Positions 46,475-55,592 of a stretch of 64,000 nt of DNA are shown here, one piece after another (within the stretch, counting starts at the first letter, position 1; each line of letters begins with the position of its first letter). The notes beneath the pieces were generated by a model. The model was not told where the DNA came from and did not search any database. It saw nothing but the letters and a program-made list of their open reading frames with translations. This DNA comes from a virus (taxonomy: Duplodnaviria; Heunggongvirae; Uroviricota; Caudoviricetes). The position numbers and the translations under genes are program-made. The stretch lies in the IMG/VR virus record IMGVR_UViG_3300010413_000002, positions 1 through 64,000 of that record; one strand, written 5' to 3'.

Positions 46475-46759
46475 TTAATTTTTGCAAATATTAGTATAAG
46501 ACTTTATTGATTCTTCTCTTAGTTCGTTTTGTAATTTTTTTATTATTTTTTTAATTTTTTTCATTGGAAGAAGTTTGTTTGGATTTTTATTTTCTTTTCC
46601 AATTAAATATCCTTTTATAAAAATCAAAATTTCATCCGATTCATACAACGATAAATACGGAATAATATATTTGTTTTTACAAATTTCTTCTATCTCTTTT
46701 TTGTTTAAAGTTTTCATAGTGATAATATTGGTTGATAAAAAAGTAATTTTTACTACCAA
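46475..46759 (-). CDS. Hypothetical protein.
   Basis: 94-aa ORF. Confidence 0.4.
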   Translation of the reverse strand: MVVKITFLSTNIITMKTLNKKEIEEICKNKYIIPYLSLYESDEILIFIKGYLIGKENKNPNKLLPMKKIKKIIKKLQNELREESIKSYTNICKN

Positions 46760-46993
46760 TATTTATTATATTGAGAATTTTATTTAAAATCAATAAAAGA
46801 AGAATTTATCTTTTGTTTTTTCTTTTTAAATGTTCCTTAAAAAAGTCTACCGCAGTTCTAAAAAAATGACTTCTTGAAGAGAAATTATTTTTTTCTTTTA
46901 AAGAATCAATTTCTTTTATTTCTTCTTTAGAAGCTCTTAAATATAATTGTTCTGTTTTTGGATTTTCAATTTTTACTCGTCCCAATTTGCCTC

Positions 46994-47209
46994 CTAATTA
47001 TTGTTTTTTTCTATTTCTTGAGCTAGCTTTCTAAAATATTCTTTTGCTTTTTCAAGATATAATGCTAGTAGTGTGTAATTTTTAGAGTTTTTTTGCTTTA
47101 TTCCGTAAGCCATCTCTTGAGAAAGTTTTTGTACTTTATTAAGTTGAATATAACCTTTCAAATAATTTTGACTATTTTTGTTTATTATTTTTTTAGTTTT
47201 TTTATCCAT
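46994..47209 (-). CDS. Hypothetical small protein.
   Basis: 71 aa. The TTTAGGGAAGT motif lies about 35 nt upstream of its start. Confidence 0.4.
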   Translation of the reverse strand: MDKKTKKIINKNSQNYLKGYIQLNKVQKLSQEMAYGIKQKNSKNYTLLALYLEKAKEYFRKLAQEIEKNNN

Positions 47210-47287
47210 CTTTTCTATGTTTTTTGTTAGTAAAATACTTCCCTAAAATTTTTCAATATTCTATAATTTAATTATATAAAATTGTTT

Positions 47288-47524
47288 TTACATTGTAAAT
47301 ATTGACATAAATAAATACTTCCAAACGGCAAAGTTTAAACCAATAAGAAGTATTGAAAAACTTAATGAAATCAAAGCGCAATCATATTTTCTTTTTTTAA
47401 ATCTATAAAAAGCTTCAGAACTTAACATTATTAAAAAATACATAAAAACTATACCCATGGTAAGCATTCCAATCTTTTCTCCAAATGTATTAAGTAATAA
47501 TGAATCTGTTTTAGTTGTTAGCAT
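47288..47524 (-). CDS. Small membrane protein.
   Basis: 78 aa, two hydrophobic helices. Confidence 0.4.
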   Translation of the reverse strand: MLTTKTDSLLLNTFGEKIGMLTMGIVFMYFLIMLSSEAFYRFKKRKYDCALISLSFSILLIGLNFAVWKYLFMSIFTM

Positions 47525-47792
47525 TAATCTCCTTGTTTACATTTAAAGCATAAGCAATAGCTTTTTTTGCTTTGGTTAAAAACCTTTCTCTTTCTTCCGA
47601 ATCTTCGAAACAACCTTTCATTTGGTCTCTAAATTGTTTAGAGAAAATTGTATTTCCTTCAAAATCATTAACTCTAAAATAACCATAACGTAATCTTATA
47701 TAACCTACGTTTCTATCTTTGTAAAAAGCATCGTATTGTTCTGGACAAGCATCACAAGTTTTTTCTAATTTTATCTCGTTAGATTTTATCAT
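47511..47792 (-). CDS. Hypothetical protein.
   Basis: 93-aa ORF. Confidence 0.45.
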   Translation of the reverse strand: MIKSNEIKLEKTCDACPEQYDAFYKDRNVGYIRLRYGYFRVNDFEGNTIFSKQFRDQMKGCFEDSEERERFLTKAKKAIAYALNVNKEINANN

Positions 47793-48133
47793 TGTTTTTC
47801 CTTTAATATTTTAATTATATTTTTAATATTATTTTTTTCTTCTTGTAATTGCTTACTTATATCGTTTAAGTGATTAATTAGAAGTTCTTTTGCATTTTTC
47901 TTAGACTCGAGAATTTTTTTAAATGTCACACATAAACCTATATTTTCATTATCAAAATTAAATCTAAAAAATTGGTCATCTTTATTCATTTCACATTGTG
48001 AAACTTTAACTGAATTATATTCGTCTAAACCAGTAACGTATAAACTAGCTAATTTGCCATATTCTTTTAATTTATCCTTTTTCATTGATTTTTCCTTACT
48101 TAATTCTTTGTATAACAATAACTTTTTGTTCAT
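47789..48133 (-). CDS. Hypothetical protein.
   Basis: 114-aa ORF. Confidence 0.45.
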   Translation of the reverse strand: MNKKLLLYKELSKEKSMKKDKLKEYGKLASLYVTGLDEYNSVKVSQCEMNKDDQFFRFNFDNENIGLCVTFKKILESKKNAKELLINHLNDISKQLQEEKNNIKNIIKILKEKQ

Positions 48134-48815
48134 TCGTTAATTTGTAATTATGAAAATCAGAATAATCTATTTTAAAGTGATGACATATCATTTTTAATAT
48201 TAGCATTCCATAATCACAATATTCGTATTCATAACTATCTTTTATATTTTGATAAAGTTTATCATTTATTAGCCATACCCAAGCTAGCATGTGATTAATA
48301 GACCTTTCTGCCGATATTCCTCTTTTATTTAAGGCTTTGTTAAAGGCAAATGGCATATAATCTTTTATTTCTTTTAAAGGATTAGTAAGTTTTTTCCATT
48401 TTTCTTTTCCTAATTCTATATCTTTTATGTATTCTTCTTTAAAAATGTCCATTTTCTTTATATTTTTAAAAGATAAATACAGTATTAAATCGTCTTTTTG
48501 CCAACCAAATATATTTTCACATTTTTCGATATGGTCAATTATTTCTTCTTGTTTTCTTATAATTTTTGGAGCTGGCAACTTTTTAAGTTTAATGAATTTT
48601 TTTGTTTCTTTTTCATCTAAATATCTTTCTAAATCAGAAAATGAAACTTCTTTGTATACTGGTTCTCCTTTAATACAATTACATCCGCTATCAAAATATA
48701 ATTTATCGTCTTTTACGAAATATCCTAATGGATAATCACAAATACTACATCTTCCCGTTTCAAAAAATCCGTGTCTTTTAATTGCTTCTAATAAAGTTTC
48801 TATATTTTTTTTCAT
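48096..48815 (-). CDS. Hypothetical protein with N-terminal Cys cluster.
   Basis: 239 aa; CSICDYP...CNC. Confidence 0.5.
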   Translation of the reverse strand: MKKNIETLLEAIKRHGFFETGRCSICDYPLGYFVKDDKLYFDSGCNCIKGEPVYKEVSFSDLERYLDEKETKKFIKLKKLPAPKIIRKQEEIIDHIEKCENIFGWQKDDLILYLSFKNIKKMDIFKEEYIKDIELGKEKWKKLTNPLKEIKDYMPFAFNKALNKRGISAERSINHMLAWVWLINDKLYQNIKDSYEYEYCDYGMLILKMICHHFKIDYSDFHNYKLTNEQKVIVIQRIK

Positions 48816-48824
48816 TAATCCTCC

Positions 48825-49019
48825 TTAAAAAAATAAAATTATATGCACAATAGCAGAAACTACCATTATAATCTCTGAAAAAATCAATAATTTCCTATTT
48901 AACAAAATAATAGAAATAATTGTCATTCCTAAACCAATTAAGAACATATAGATACTAACTTCATTAGTATATAAAAAGTTTGCTAAAGTTTCTATCATAG
49001 AATTATTCTTTATTTCCAA
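48825..49019 (-). CDS. Small membrane protein.
   Basis: 64 aa hydrophobic. Downstream of promoter cassette copy B. Confidence 0.4.
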   Translation of the reverse strand: MEIKNNSMIETLANFLYTNEVSIYMFLIGLGMTIISIILLNRKLLIFSEIIMVVSAIVHIILFF

Positions 49020-49924
49020 AAATAATATGTAGTTTACTCATTGTTTTTTAAGTTTGTTAAAAGAATAATAGCAATAAAAATCTAGTATAAAAATATATCT
49101 CAATAATTTAATTAATCATAAAATTGCTATTACTCTTAAACTATACTATACAATATAAAAAATAATTGTCAAGTAAAATCCGACAGAAAAATAATTATTG
49201 GATTTTTCTTGTTTTTTAAAAAATTTTTTGTTATTCTTCTTTTGATTATTTTAGTTAATTATCTAAATATAGTAGCTTTTGTTTCTTGCACGTCTTATAA
49301 TTTCCATATTTGACTCCTTCAAAAGCTACTACTCTTCATAAAAAAATAAGATATTTTCACAGAAAAAATGTTAGTTATGACTTCCGTAATTTAAAAAATA
49401 TAGTAATATTAGAATAGAAATAATTATTTTCTTAGAGAAACTGGCTCGCCTGCAAAGCACAGAGAGAAAAAGAATCCAGCTACAACAGCTATTCTTTTGG
49501 TGTCGACATATAAGAGCCATAAGATAACATAAAAAAACTTATATGCCGACAAATGTTGAATGAGTAATTCTTTATTTTTATAAAAGATATTTTCTTTAAA
49601 GTCAAGCAAAAAATAAAAAAGCTCTTGAAAGAACATATTTGGCAATATCTCTTCTCTCAAAAGCCTTTTTTTCAGGACTTGATTATATACAACAGAGTCA
49701 TATATAACTTAATTATAAGTAATACTTTTTTAAAAGTCAAGAAATATTGAATATTTTTAAAAACTTAGGCTCTATTCCCGCTCTTGCTAAGGAGATAAAG
49801 CCTATATAAAAAATTTCAACAAACAAAATTGCAATGTATCATTCCTCTAATAAAAAGCATTTTTGTTTGCTATATAAATTATAGTATAAAGATTTTTAAT
49901 TGTCAAGAAAAATCATAAAAATAC

Positions 49925-49953
49925 TTGACACTTTCAAAAAAGTATTGTATAAT
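49925..49953 (+). promoter_or_regulatory. Perfect-consensus sigma70 promoter (TTGACA-17-TATAAT) firing rightward into a non-coding region.
   Basis: TTGACA 49925-49930, 17-nt spacer, TATAAT 49948-49953. Back-to-back with a leftward TTGACA-17-TATAAT promoter at about 49870-49898. Confidence 0.6.
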
Positions 49954-49959
49954 ATTATA

Positions 49960-50420
49960 AGTATAATAAGTAGCTCAGGGAAAGAGTTCTTGGTAGACAA
50001 GAGGGTCATAGGTTAAAGTCCTATCTTACTTATACTAGAAAGATAGATTAAAGATAGCCTTGAAGATTTTAAGAGTCAATCAGCGTTCAGTACAAACGCA
50101 TATCTTTCGCAGAATGGTACAAAGAGTTTAATAATTGAACACATTGGGTTAAAAATTACTACATTAAGCAAGAGATAACTACTCAGTAATTAAGTAGTAT
50201 TTGTTAGTAAATTTCACTAATTCTTTGTACCAAAAAAACTAGAGAGTAGCCAAAATGCTATATCCAAAAAGGAAACACAAGTATTAAAGGTAGTTGTAAA
50301 AAAAGTTTGATAAATAATGCAAAAACTACATTGTGAAGAAAATATTGCTTAAAGGTATCCTAAATCATTTAGTGCAAACTCGGCAGTATATTCCCTCTCT
50401 AGTTAAAAAACTAGACAATA
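49960..50420 (+). ncRNA. Candidate structured non-coding RNA (~450 nt) downstream of the consensus promoter.
   Basis: No ORF of 60 aa or more on either strand across 49661-50448. Long-range complementarity AAACTAGAGAG (about 50237) with CTCTCTAGTT (about 50398). Local hairpins ACTACT-cagtaatta-AGTAGT and TCTAGTT-aaaaa-AACTAGA. Confidence 0.35.
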
Positions 50421-50448
50421 AAGAAAAAATTATTTAAAATAAAATTTT

Positions 50449-50895
50449 CTACGCTATCTTTTTAATAAACCTCTTATGTTTCCAATATCCCTCATGCCTA
50501 TCATTAATATAGCTCAATAGATTGCTTCCATCTCCGTCTCTATAATAGATTATATCTCTACCAAACACCGCAACAAAACACTTCAATTCATTATAAGACA
50601 AAGAAGATACGTACTCTAAAGGAATTATATTTATTGTTGGCAAGTTGTTATTTCTCGCAAAGTCGTAAAAGAATTTCAACATTCTAAAATCAAGCCTCTT
50701 TCCATAAAGCATAGCCTCATCTACCATTTCTTCAATAACAAACACTATTCCTCTAAGAATAAAAGACAAATACGCACCGTTTTTATTTCTATGATTCCTT
50801 ATAGAATAGCATAAACTCTCCGCATAACAATTACTAACTATATTATTAGCTCTTCTATAAGCATTTAATTGTATTTTAATTTCCCTATCTTTCAT
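50449..50895 (-). CDS. Hypothetical protein.
   Basis: 148-aa ORF. Leftward promoter TTGACA-17-TAGTAT at about 50900-50930. Confidence 0.5.
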   Translation of the reverse strand: MKDREIKIQLNAYRRANNIVSNCYAESLCYSIRNHRNKNGAYLSFILRGIVFVIEEMVDEAMLYGKRLDFRMLKFFYDFARNNNLPTINIIPLEYVSSLSYNELKCFVAVFGRDIIYYRDGDGSNLLSYINDRHEGYWKHKRFIKKIA

Positions 50896-51386
50896 AGTTT
50901 AATACTACCAACAAAACATTAATTTGTCAAGCAAAATCAAACAGAAAAAACCTTAAACAAAGGAAGGAAAGATAAAAAAGTTGTGAGTATAGTAAAAGGT
51001 TTATGTAAAAAGCTAAAAATTGTAGTAATAGCTACATTTCGGTAGTGAGTATTGTTCTTCTTTTAATTTTTAATCAAAGTCTTTATTAATAGGATTCTTT
51101 GCATTGTATACAAGATTTAAAAAACTACAAAATTGTAGTAGAACGTTATCTAAAATAGAGAAAAGTTATGTGTTGAGGTTGTATAGGTTGATGAATAAAA
51201 GGTTTGCGTGATTTTTTTAGTTACTAACTTTTTGGGTGGTTTTTGGGGTTTTTTCAAAATTTGAATAGGTGTAATAAAAATATTACACTAAAATGAAAAA
51301 AATCTTTTTATTTTCAAAAAAATTGCAAGTTTTCTCGTTAAAAGTGTGTATTTTTCTAAAAATCTTCATTTTTCTAAATCCTTTAT

Positions 51387-51638
51387 TTATAGGCATCGAG
51401 GCAACTTCTCTCACTACGAAAACACCCCAAAAAAAGACAAAAAAATATCCTGTATTTTTTCTCAAAACACAAGATTAAATTGCATATTACTATACTTAAA
51501 TGTATTATATTTGATACTTTATATTTGATAATTTTAGATTAAAGCCTAAAAAAGGCTTACAACTTTAGCCAAAAATAGCTAAAATCGTAAACCCCTATGA
51601 ATAAAGGAACGAGGCAACTTCTCTCACTACGAAAACAC
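51387..51638. repeat. Perfect 29-nt direct repeat pair (CGAGGCAACTTCTCTCACTACGAAAACAC) separated by 194 nt.
   Basis: Copies at 51387-51415 and 51610-51638. Each is preceded by CCTTTATTTATAGG or its near reverse complement CCTATGAATAAAGG. Only spurious overlapping mini-ORFs lie here. Confidence 0.5.
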
Positions 51639-51645
51639 TTTATTT

Positions 51646-52335
51646 TTAATGTCTATCTTCATAAAAGTATCTAACTTGATATTGATTACCTTCTCCTAAT
51701 ATTCTGTTTTTACTGGTTTCTTTTATTAAAGATGCTAAATTGTTTAAATATTCTCTTGCTTCTCTTTTGTATTTCTCGCCTATTTCGTAAGCTAATTGAC
51801 GTTGTATGCTTTCATCTTCTAATTCCTTACTATCTTTATAGTAAGCTATGGTGTTTATATATAGAATATTGTTGGTTTTTCCCCAATATTTAAGAAATTC
51901 TTTTGGGTCTGGCGTATTCTCTCCAAATATTGTTATTTTAAGTTTGTTTTCTCCAAATGTTTTAGTTTTTTCAAAAAAGTCTTTTGTTAGCTCTATAGCC
52001 TTTTGATAATCAGTAAAATCAGTGCTTTTCAAACAAGGTATGTTTTGTTTATCGTATCTGCAATATAAATAAAAATTGTTTATAAACTTTATTTCTGTTG
52101 TAAACCTCATAAAATTATGTCCATTTTCTCCTTTTGTTATTTTTAAAAAGGAAATTTGCGGTTCTCCTAATCCGAAATAATAGTATTTAAAAGCTTCTTC
52201 CTTTTCTTTGTTGCTTTGATTTGTTGATGCTTTTTGGTATTGTTTTTTTATTTCGGCAATACTAATTGATTCAGCTAAACATTGAGTTGAAAGAATTGTA
52301 AGTGTTGTTGTTAAGATTGCTAATTTATTGTACAT
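51646..52335 (-). CDS. Secreted hypothetical protein.
   Basis: Signal peptide MYNKLAILTTTLTILSTQCLA. 229 aa. Confidence 0.5.
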   Translation of the reverse strand: MYNKLAILTTTLTILSTQCLAESISIAEIKKQYQKASTNQSNKEKEEAFKYYYFGLGEPQISFLKITKGENGHNFMRFTTEIKFINNFYLYCRYDKQNIPCLKSTDFTDYQKAIELTKDFFEKTKTFGENKLKITIFGENTPDPKEFLKYWGKTNNILYINTIAYYKDSKELEDESIQRQLAYEIGEKYKREAREYLNNLASLIKETSKNRILGEGNQYQVRYFYEDRH

Positions 52336-52549
52336 ATTTACCTCCTTTTATGTCAATAATTACCTCTTCTTGAGGTGTAAATTGAGTCTTACTATCTAAG
52401 TAAGAATTGTAGATAATTGTTAAAAATCCCATAATTATAATAAATGTTATTATTAATATTAAATCTTTTAGCATCTTGCCTCCTTTTTTATTAAAAAAAC
52501 AACTAACAATTGAAAAACGTAGATACCTATAAATAAAGAAACCAGTCAA
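52325..52549 (-). CDS. Small membrane protein.
   Basis: 74 aa, one transmembrane segment. Confidence 0.35.
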   Translation of the reverse strand: MTGFFIYRYLRFSIVSCFFNKKGGKMLKDLILIITFIIIMGFLTIIYNSYLDSKTQFTPQEEVIIDIKGGKYVQ

Positions 52550-52606
52550 CTTGCTTCACAGGGAAAATACAAATAATTTTCCTTATTTAAAAATACACTA
52601 CAACTT

Positions 52607-52924
52607 TTAGTTAATACCCCTTTTTTCTATTATAAATTCCCTAAAATTTTGCCAATTTTCATTTTGTATTCTCTCTTTTTCTATTGTCAATTCCTTAATG
52701 TCTTCTATTGTAGAGTTATAGATTTTTGTTTGATGGCAATTGTATATTGAAAGAAGAAGTGCTATTAAACCTATTGTTTTTCCAAGATTTTTTTCGCATA
52801 GCGTTATTGATAAGGTTTTCTTGATTAAGTCAAACCAAAATTTAAAGCCTATTTTTAATACCAATCTTGTCTCTTTGGTTAGCAATACAGCCAAAAATAT
52901 GGATATAATTAAAAATTTATTCAT
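52607..52924 (-). CDS. Small membrane or secreted protein.
   Basis: 105 aa, N-terminal hydrophobic segment. Confidence 0.4.
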   Translation of the reverse strand: MNKFLIISIFLAVLLTKETRLVLKIGFKFWFDLIKKTLSITLCEKNLGKTIGLIALLLSIYNCHQTKIYNSTIEDIKELTIEKERIQNENWQNFREFIIEKRGIN

Positions 52925-53121
52925 TGTAGTCCTCCTTCAATATTTAGTTGTCCGTCCACGATAAGTTTATCTCTTATTCGTTTCATTGCAAGTTCTTCTC
53001 TCTTGTTTGCTTTTTGTCTCTCAATTGAGATAATTTGCTCTTCTCTCATTTCAATTTTATAAAGACAAAAAAGTGAAATTGATAATGCCGTAATTGAAAT
53101 CATAAAATTTAACTTGTTCAT
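52921..53121 (-). CDS. Small membrane-anchored protein.
   Basis: 66 aa. Confidence 0.35.
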   Translation of the reverse strand: MNKLNFMISITALSISLFCLYKIEMREEQIISIERQKANKREELAMKRIRDKLIVDGQLNIEGGLQ

Positions 53122-53296
53122 ACTAAAGTTTTTTTGTTATACATAAATAAATAAAATAAAAGAAGAAAACTATCAAGCCTATGTCTAAAAATAAGATTAT
53201 ATTTTTTATAATTTCTGTCATTTTTCTCCTTTTTAATTTAAAGGCTATTTTTAAAGCCGTACGTTAATAATTTAATAAAAGATTATACATTTCAAC

Positions 53297-53599
53297 TCAA
53301 GCAGTAATTTTGTTAATCTCCGTTGATTTTTGTAAGACGTTTTTTCTCTCCCTACGTTTTTTGTTATATTTTATACTTGCTTTTCTCCTTATCTCTTTCC
53401 CTTTTGGAGTTTTTGCATAATTTTTTGCGTACTCTTTTGCTCTTTTTTTATTTTTTGGTTTTTTATACCAATTTTTTTTGTAAATGCTTTGCTTACATTT
53501 TTTGCAATTTAGTTCTTCATTATCAAAAGCCTTGTTTATTAAATCTTTTTTGTAAAATTTGTCTCTACCTAATTTTTTCTTACATCTGTCACATTTCAT
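53297..53599 (-). CDS. Zinc-finger basic protein (paralog family C).
   Basis: MKCDRCKKKLGRDKFY...CKKCKQSIYKKNWY, then a Lys-rich tail. Confidence 0.45.
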   Translation of the reverse strand: MKCDRCKKKLGRDKFYKKDLINKAFDNEELNCKKCKQSIYKKNWYKKPKNKKRAKEYAKNYAKTPKGKEIRRKASIKYNKKRRERKNVLQKSTEINKITA

Positions 53600-53725
53600 A
53601 ATTCTCCTTTATTTTTTGGTTTCAAATTAAATTGCCCTATCCCATACACTCCCATGAAACTTGCTCTATCGCCATCAAGTTTAGGACAACCTAATTTGAG
53701 TTTCTACTATTGCAATAGTATTCGT

Positions 53726-54001
53726 TTAATCTTCTATTTCTTTATATAGTTTAATAGCGTCTTGTATTTTTTTCATTTTCATATCATAAAGCCCGCAAGC
53801 ATATATATATAATTCTCTATAATTCTTAACAGATGAAATCATTTTTATACCTCCGTAATTATTAATCTGTAAAACTAAATTAGCACCATATAAATATAAT
53901 TCTCCTTTTTTGGTTTTTTTATTATATTGTTTTTTGCAACCTTTATATCTATTCCCAAAAATTTCTTTAAAAAAATATTCTGCTTCATCTTTCCAAACCA
54001 T
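53726..54001 (-). CDS. Hypothetical protein.
   Basis: 91-aa ORF. Confidence 0.4.
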   Translation of the reverse strand: MVWKDEAEYFFKEIFGNRYKGCKKQYNKKTKKGELYLYGANLVLQINNYGGIKMISSVKNYRELYIYACGLYDMKMKKIQDAIKLYKEIED

Positions 54002-54039
54002 TTTTAACCTCCTTGAAATTTAATTTTTTATTAATATTT

Positions 54040-54288
54040 CTAATCTTCTTCGTCTTTATAATAAAATTCATCAATTCCATTTTCATTACAAAATTTTAAA
54101 AGTTTTTTAGCTTGTTTTAACGCCTTATATCTTGTTAGTTTATAATCCTCTGTATTTATTAATTGTTCAAGCAAGTAAGTATTAAAAACATTATCTTCCA
54201 ATTCATAAGAACGTTCTAAAGCTGTACTTAAAGCTTTTGAAATTCCGTCAATATGAAAAATTCTGTGTATAAGTCCTATTTTAAACAT
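54040..54288 (-). CDS. Hypothetical protein; shares a C-terminal motif with 54630-55064.
   Basis: LKQAKKLLKFCNENGIDEFYYKDEED compared with EIKKLLKFCKNNKIDVFYYK. Confidence 0.4.
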   Translation of the reverse strand: MFKIGLIHRIFHIDGISKALSTALERSYELEDNVFNTYLLEQLINTEDYKLTRYKALKQAKKLLKFCNENGIDEFYYKDEED

Positions 54289-54551
54289 ATGTCTCCTTTT
54301 ATTTGTTTAAGTTCTTTAATCGTAATATTCCCGTGTTTTTTTAATACTTGTCTTAATTCTAACAATTCATAAATCCGACCTTCGTTATATTGTATCTTAT
54401 CGGCTCTATACATCTCTAAGCCAGTTATATGACTACTGATTGTTTCGTTATCGGTTGACTTCCAATTAATTTTATAAAGTCTATTGCCGTCTTTGTCAAA
54501 TAGCCTTATCGTATTGTTGTAAATTGGTATTTCACTCTTTTTTGCATACAT
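54276..54551 (-). CDS. Hypothetical protein.
   Basis: 91-aa ORF. Confidence 0.4.
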   Translation of the reverse strand: MYAKKSEIPIYNNTIRLFDKDGNRLYKINWKSTDNETISSHITGLEMYRADKIQYNEGRIYELLELRQVLKKHGNITIKELKQIKGDICLK

Positions 54552-54629
54552 TGTAAACCTTTTTTGTTATAACGGACTTGTCTTAATCAGTCCGCCGTCC
54601 CCGTTCGCCCATCTTAGATGGGATTCTTG

Positions 54630-55064
54630 TTATTTATAATAAAACACATCAATTTTGTTGTTCTTGCAAAACTTTAAAAGTTTTTTTATTTCTTTAAGGT
54701 TTTTATCGTTAAGTTTTATTTTCCCGTTATTTTTTGCTATTTCTTCTAAATGATAAATTGAACATGAAAAATCAGTATAAAACCAAAGAATATCAGAGAG
54801 TTTTTTAACTAAACTTTTTGTAATTCCTTTCATGCAACAAATTCTACGCATATCTATTATTTTAAATGCACTTTTTTTTGTTGGAAAACGATTTTTATTG
54901 TAAATTCTTACACAGCCTTCAATAAAACTATCCATTGTTGGTTTATCGTCTTCAAAATCAATTAAAGTTTCCAAAGTGTCTCGTACGCCCTGTTCGTATT
55001 CGCATAAATCATCTCTGTCTTGATAAAGTTTCAATAAGTCTTTTTCGTTTTTTATATCTTTCAT
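54630..55064 (-). CDS. Hypothetical protein (paralog of 54040-54288 at its C-terminus).
   Basis: 144-aa ORF. Confidence 0.45.
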   Translation of the reverse strand: MKDIKNEKDLLKLYQDRDDLCEYEQGVRDTLETLIDFEDDKPTMDSFIEGCVRIYNKNRFPTKKSAFKIIDMRRICCMKGITKSLVKKLSDILWFYTDFSCSIYHLEEIAKNNGKIKLNDKNLKEIKKLLKFCKNNKIDVFYYK

Positions 55065-55074
55065 TTCAAACCTC

Positions 55075-55578
55075 CTATTCTTCTATCCATTTAAAAAACT
55101 TTGTAAATAGCGGGATCCAATGAGCCTCATAAAAATCATAATTTCCACCAGCTATAAACAAATAATATTCGTCTCTAAATTCAAGCAAGCCGATTCCTAT
55201 GTCTGCGAGTTCATCAATTCTTTCGTTGTATATTTCTGATGACCAGCTTCCACCTTTAATATGAAAAACAGCACTCCATATCGGATAATTTTCATCTTGT
55301 CTTTCTTCAAGATAAATATCAAAATCTTCAATTAAATTACTTTCTTCACTTTCTCTTAAGTTCTCTAAAGTTGGATATTTCTTGTAGTCAGAATTGTTTA
55401 TTAAAAATTCTTTGTAGTAAAATTTGTCAGATGGTTGAATTATATTAATAGTATCTTTATAACCACTTAATTCTTGCAAATCTTTCAACATTTCAAAGTC
55501 AGTTTCAGCAAATTCTCTGTCAAAATAATAATTTGCTAAGTCTCTTTTGCCTTCTATGATTAGTTGATTTTTAGTCAT
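55075..55578 (-). CDS. Hypothetical acidic protein.
   Basis: 167-aa ORF. Confidence 0.45.
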   Translation of the reverse strand: MTKNQLIIEGKRDLANYYFDREFAETDFEMLKDLQELSGYKDTINIIQPSDKFYYKEFLINNSDYKKYPTLENLRESEESNLIEDFDIYLEERQDENYPIWSAVFHIKGGSWSSEIYNERIDELADIGIGLLEFRDEYYLFIAGGNYDFYEAHWIPLFTKFFKWIEE

Positions 55579-55592
55579 TTTGTACCTCCGTT

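Noticed and set aside
49424-49660. 78-aa track ORF as a real gene.
   Set aside because: It spans a leftward promoter (49572-49601) and a 12/13-bp hairpin in a GC-anomalous patch. The protein is low-complexity; a non-coding RNA is more likely.
49970-50045. Possible tRNA downstream of the 49925 promoter (GTAGCTCAG...ATAGGTTAAAGTCCTAT).
   Set aside because: A D-arm and T-arm-like pair exists, but no anticodon stem can be formed (CTTGG versus GAGGG) and the acceptor pairing is 5/7 at best. It is better treated as part of an unclassified structured RNA.
51283-51528. Three overlapping 60-61-aa ORFs on both strands.
   Set aside because: They are mutually overlapping, lie across the 29-nt repeat and its inverted flanks, have no RBS and are low-complexity.
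51387-51638. CRISPR array.
   Set aside because: Only two 29-nt repeats with a 194-nt interval; no repeat-spacer periodicity and no cas genes.
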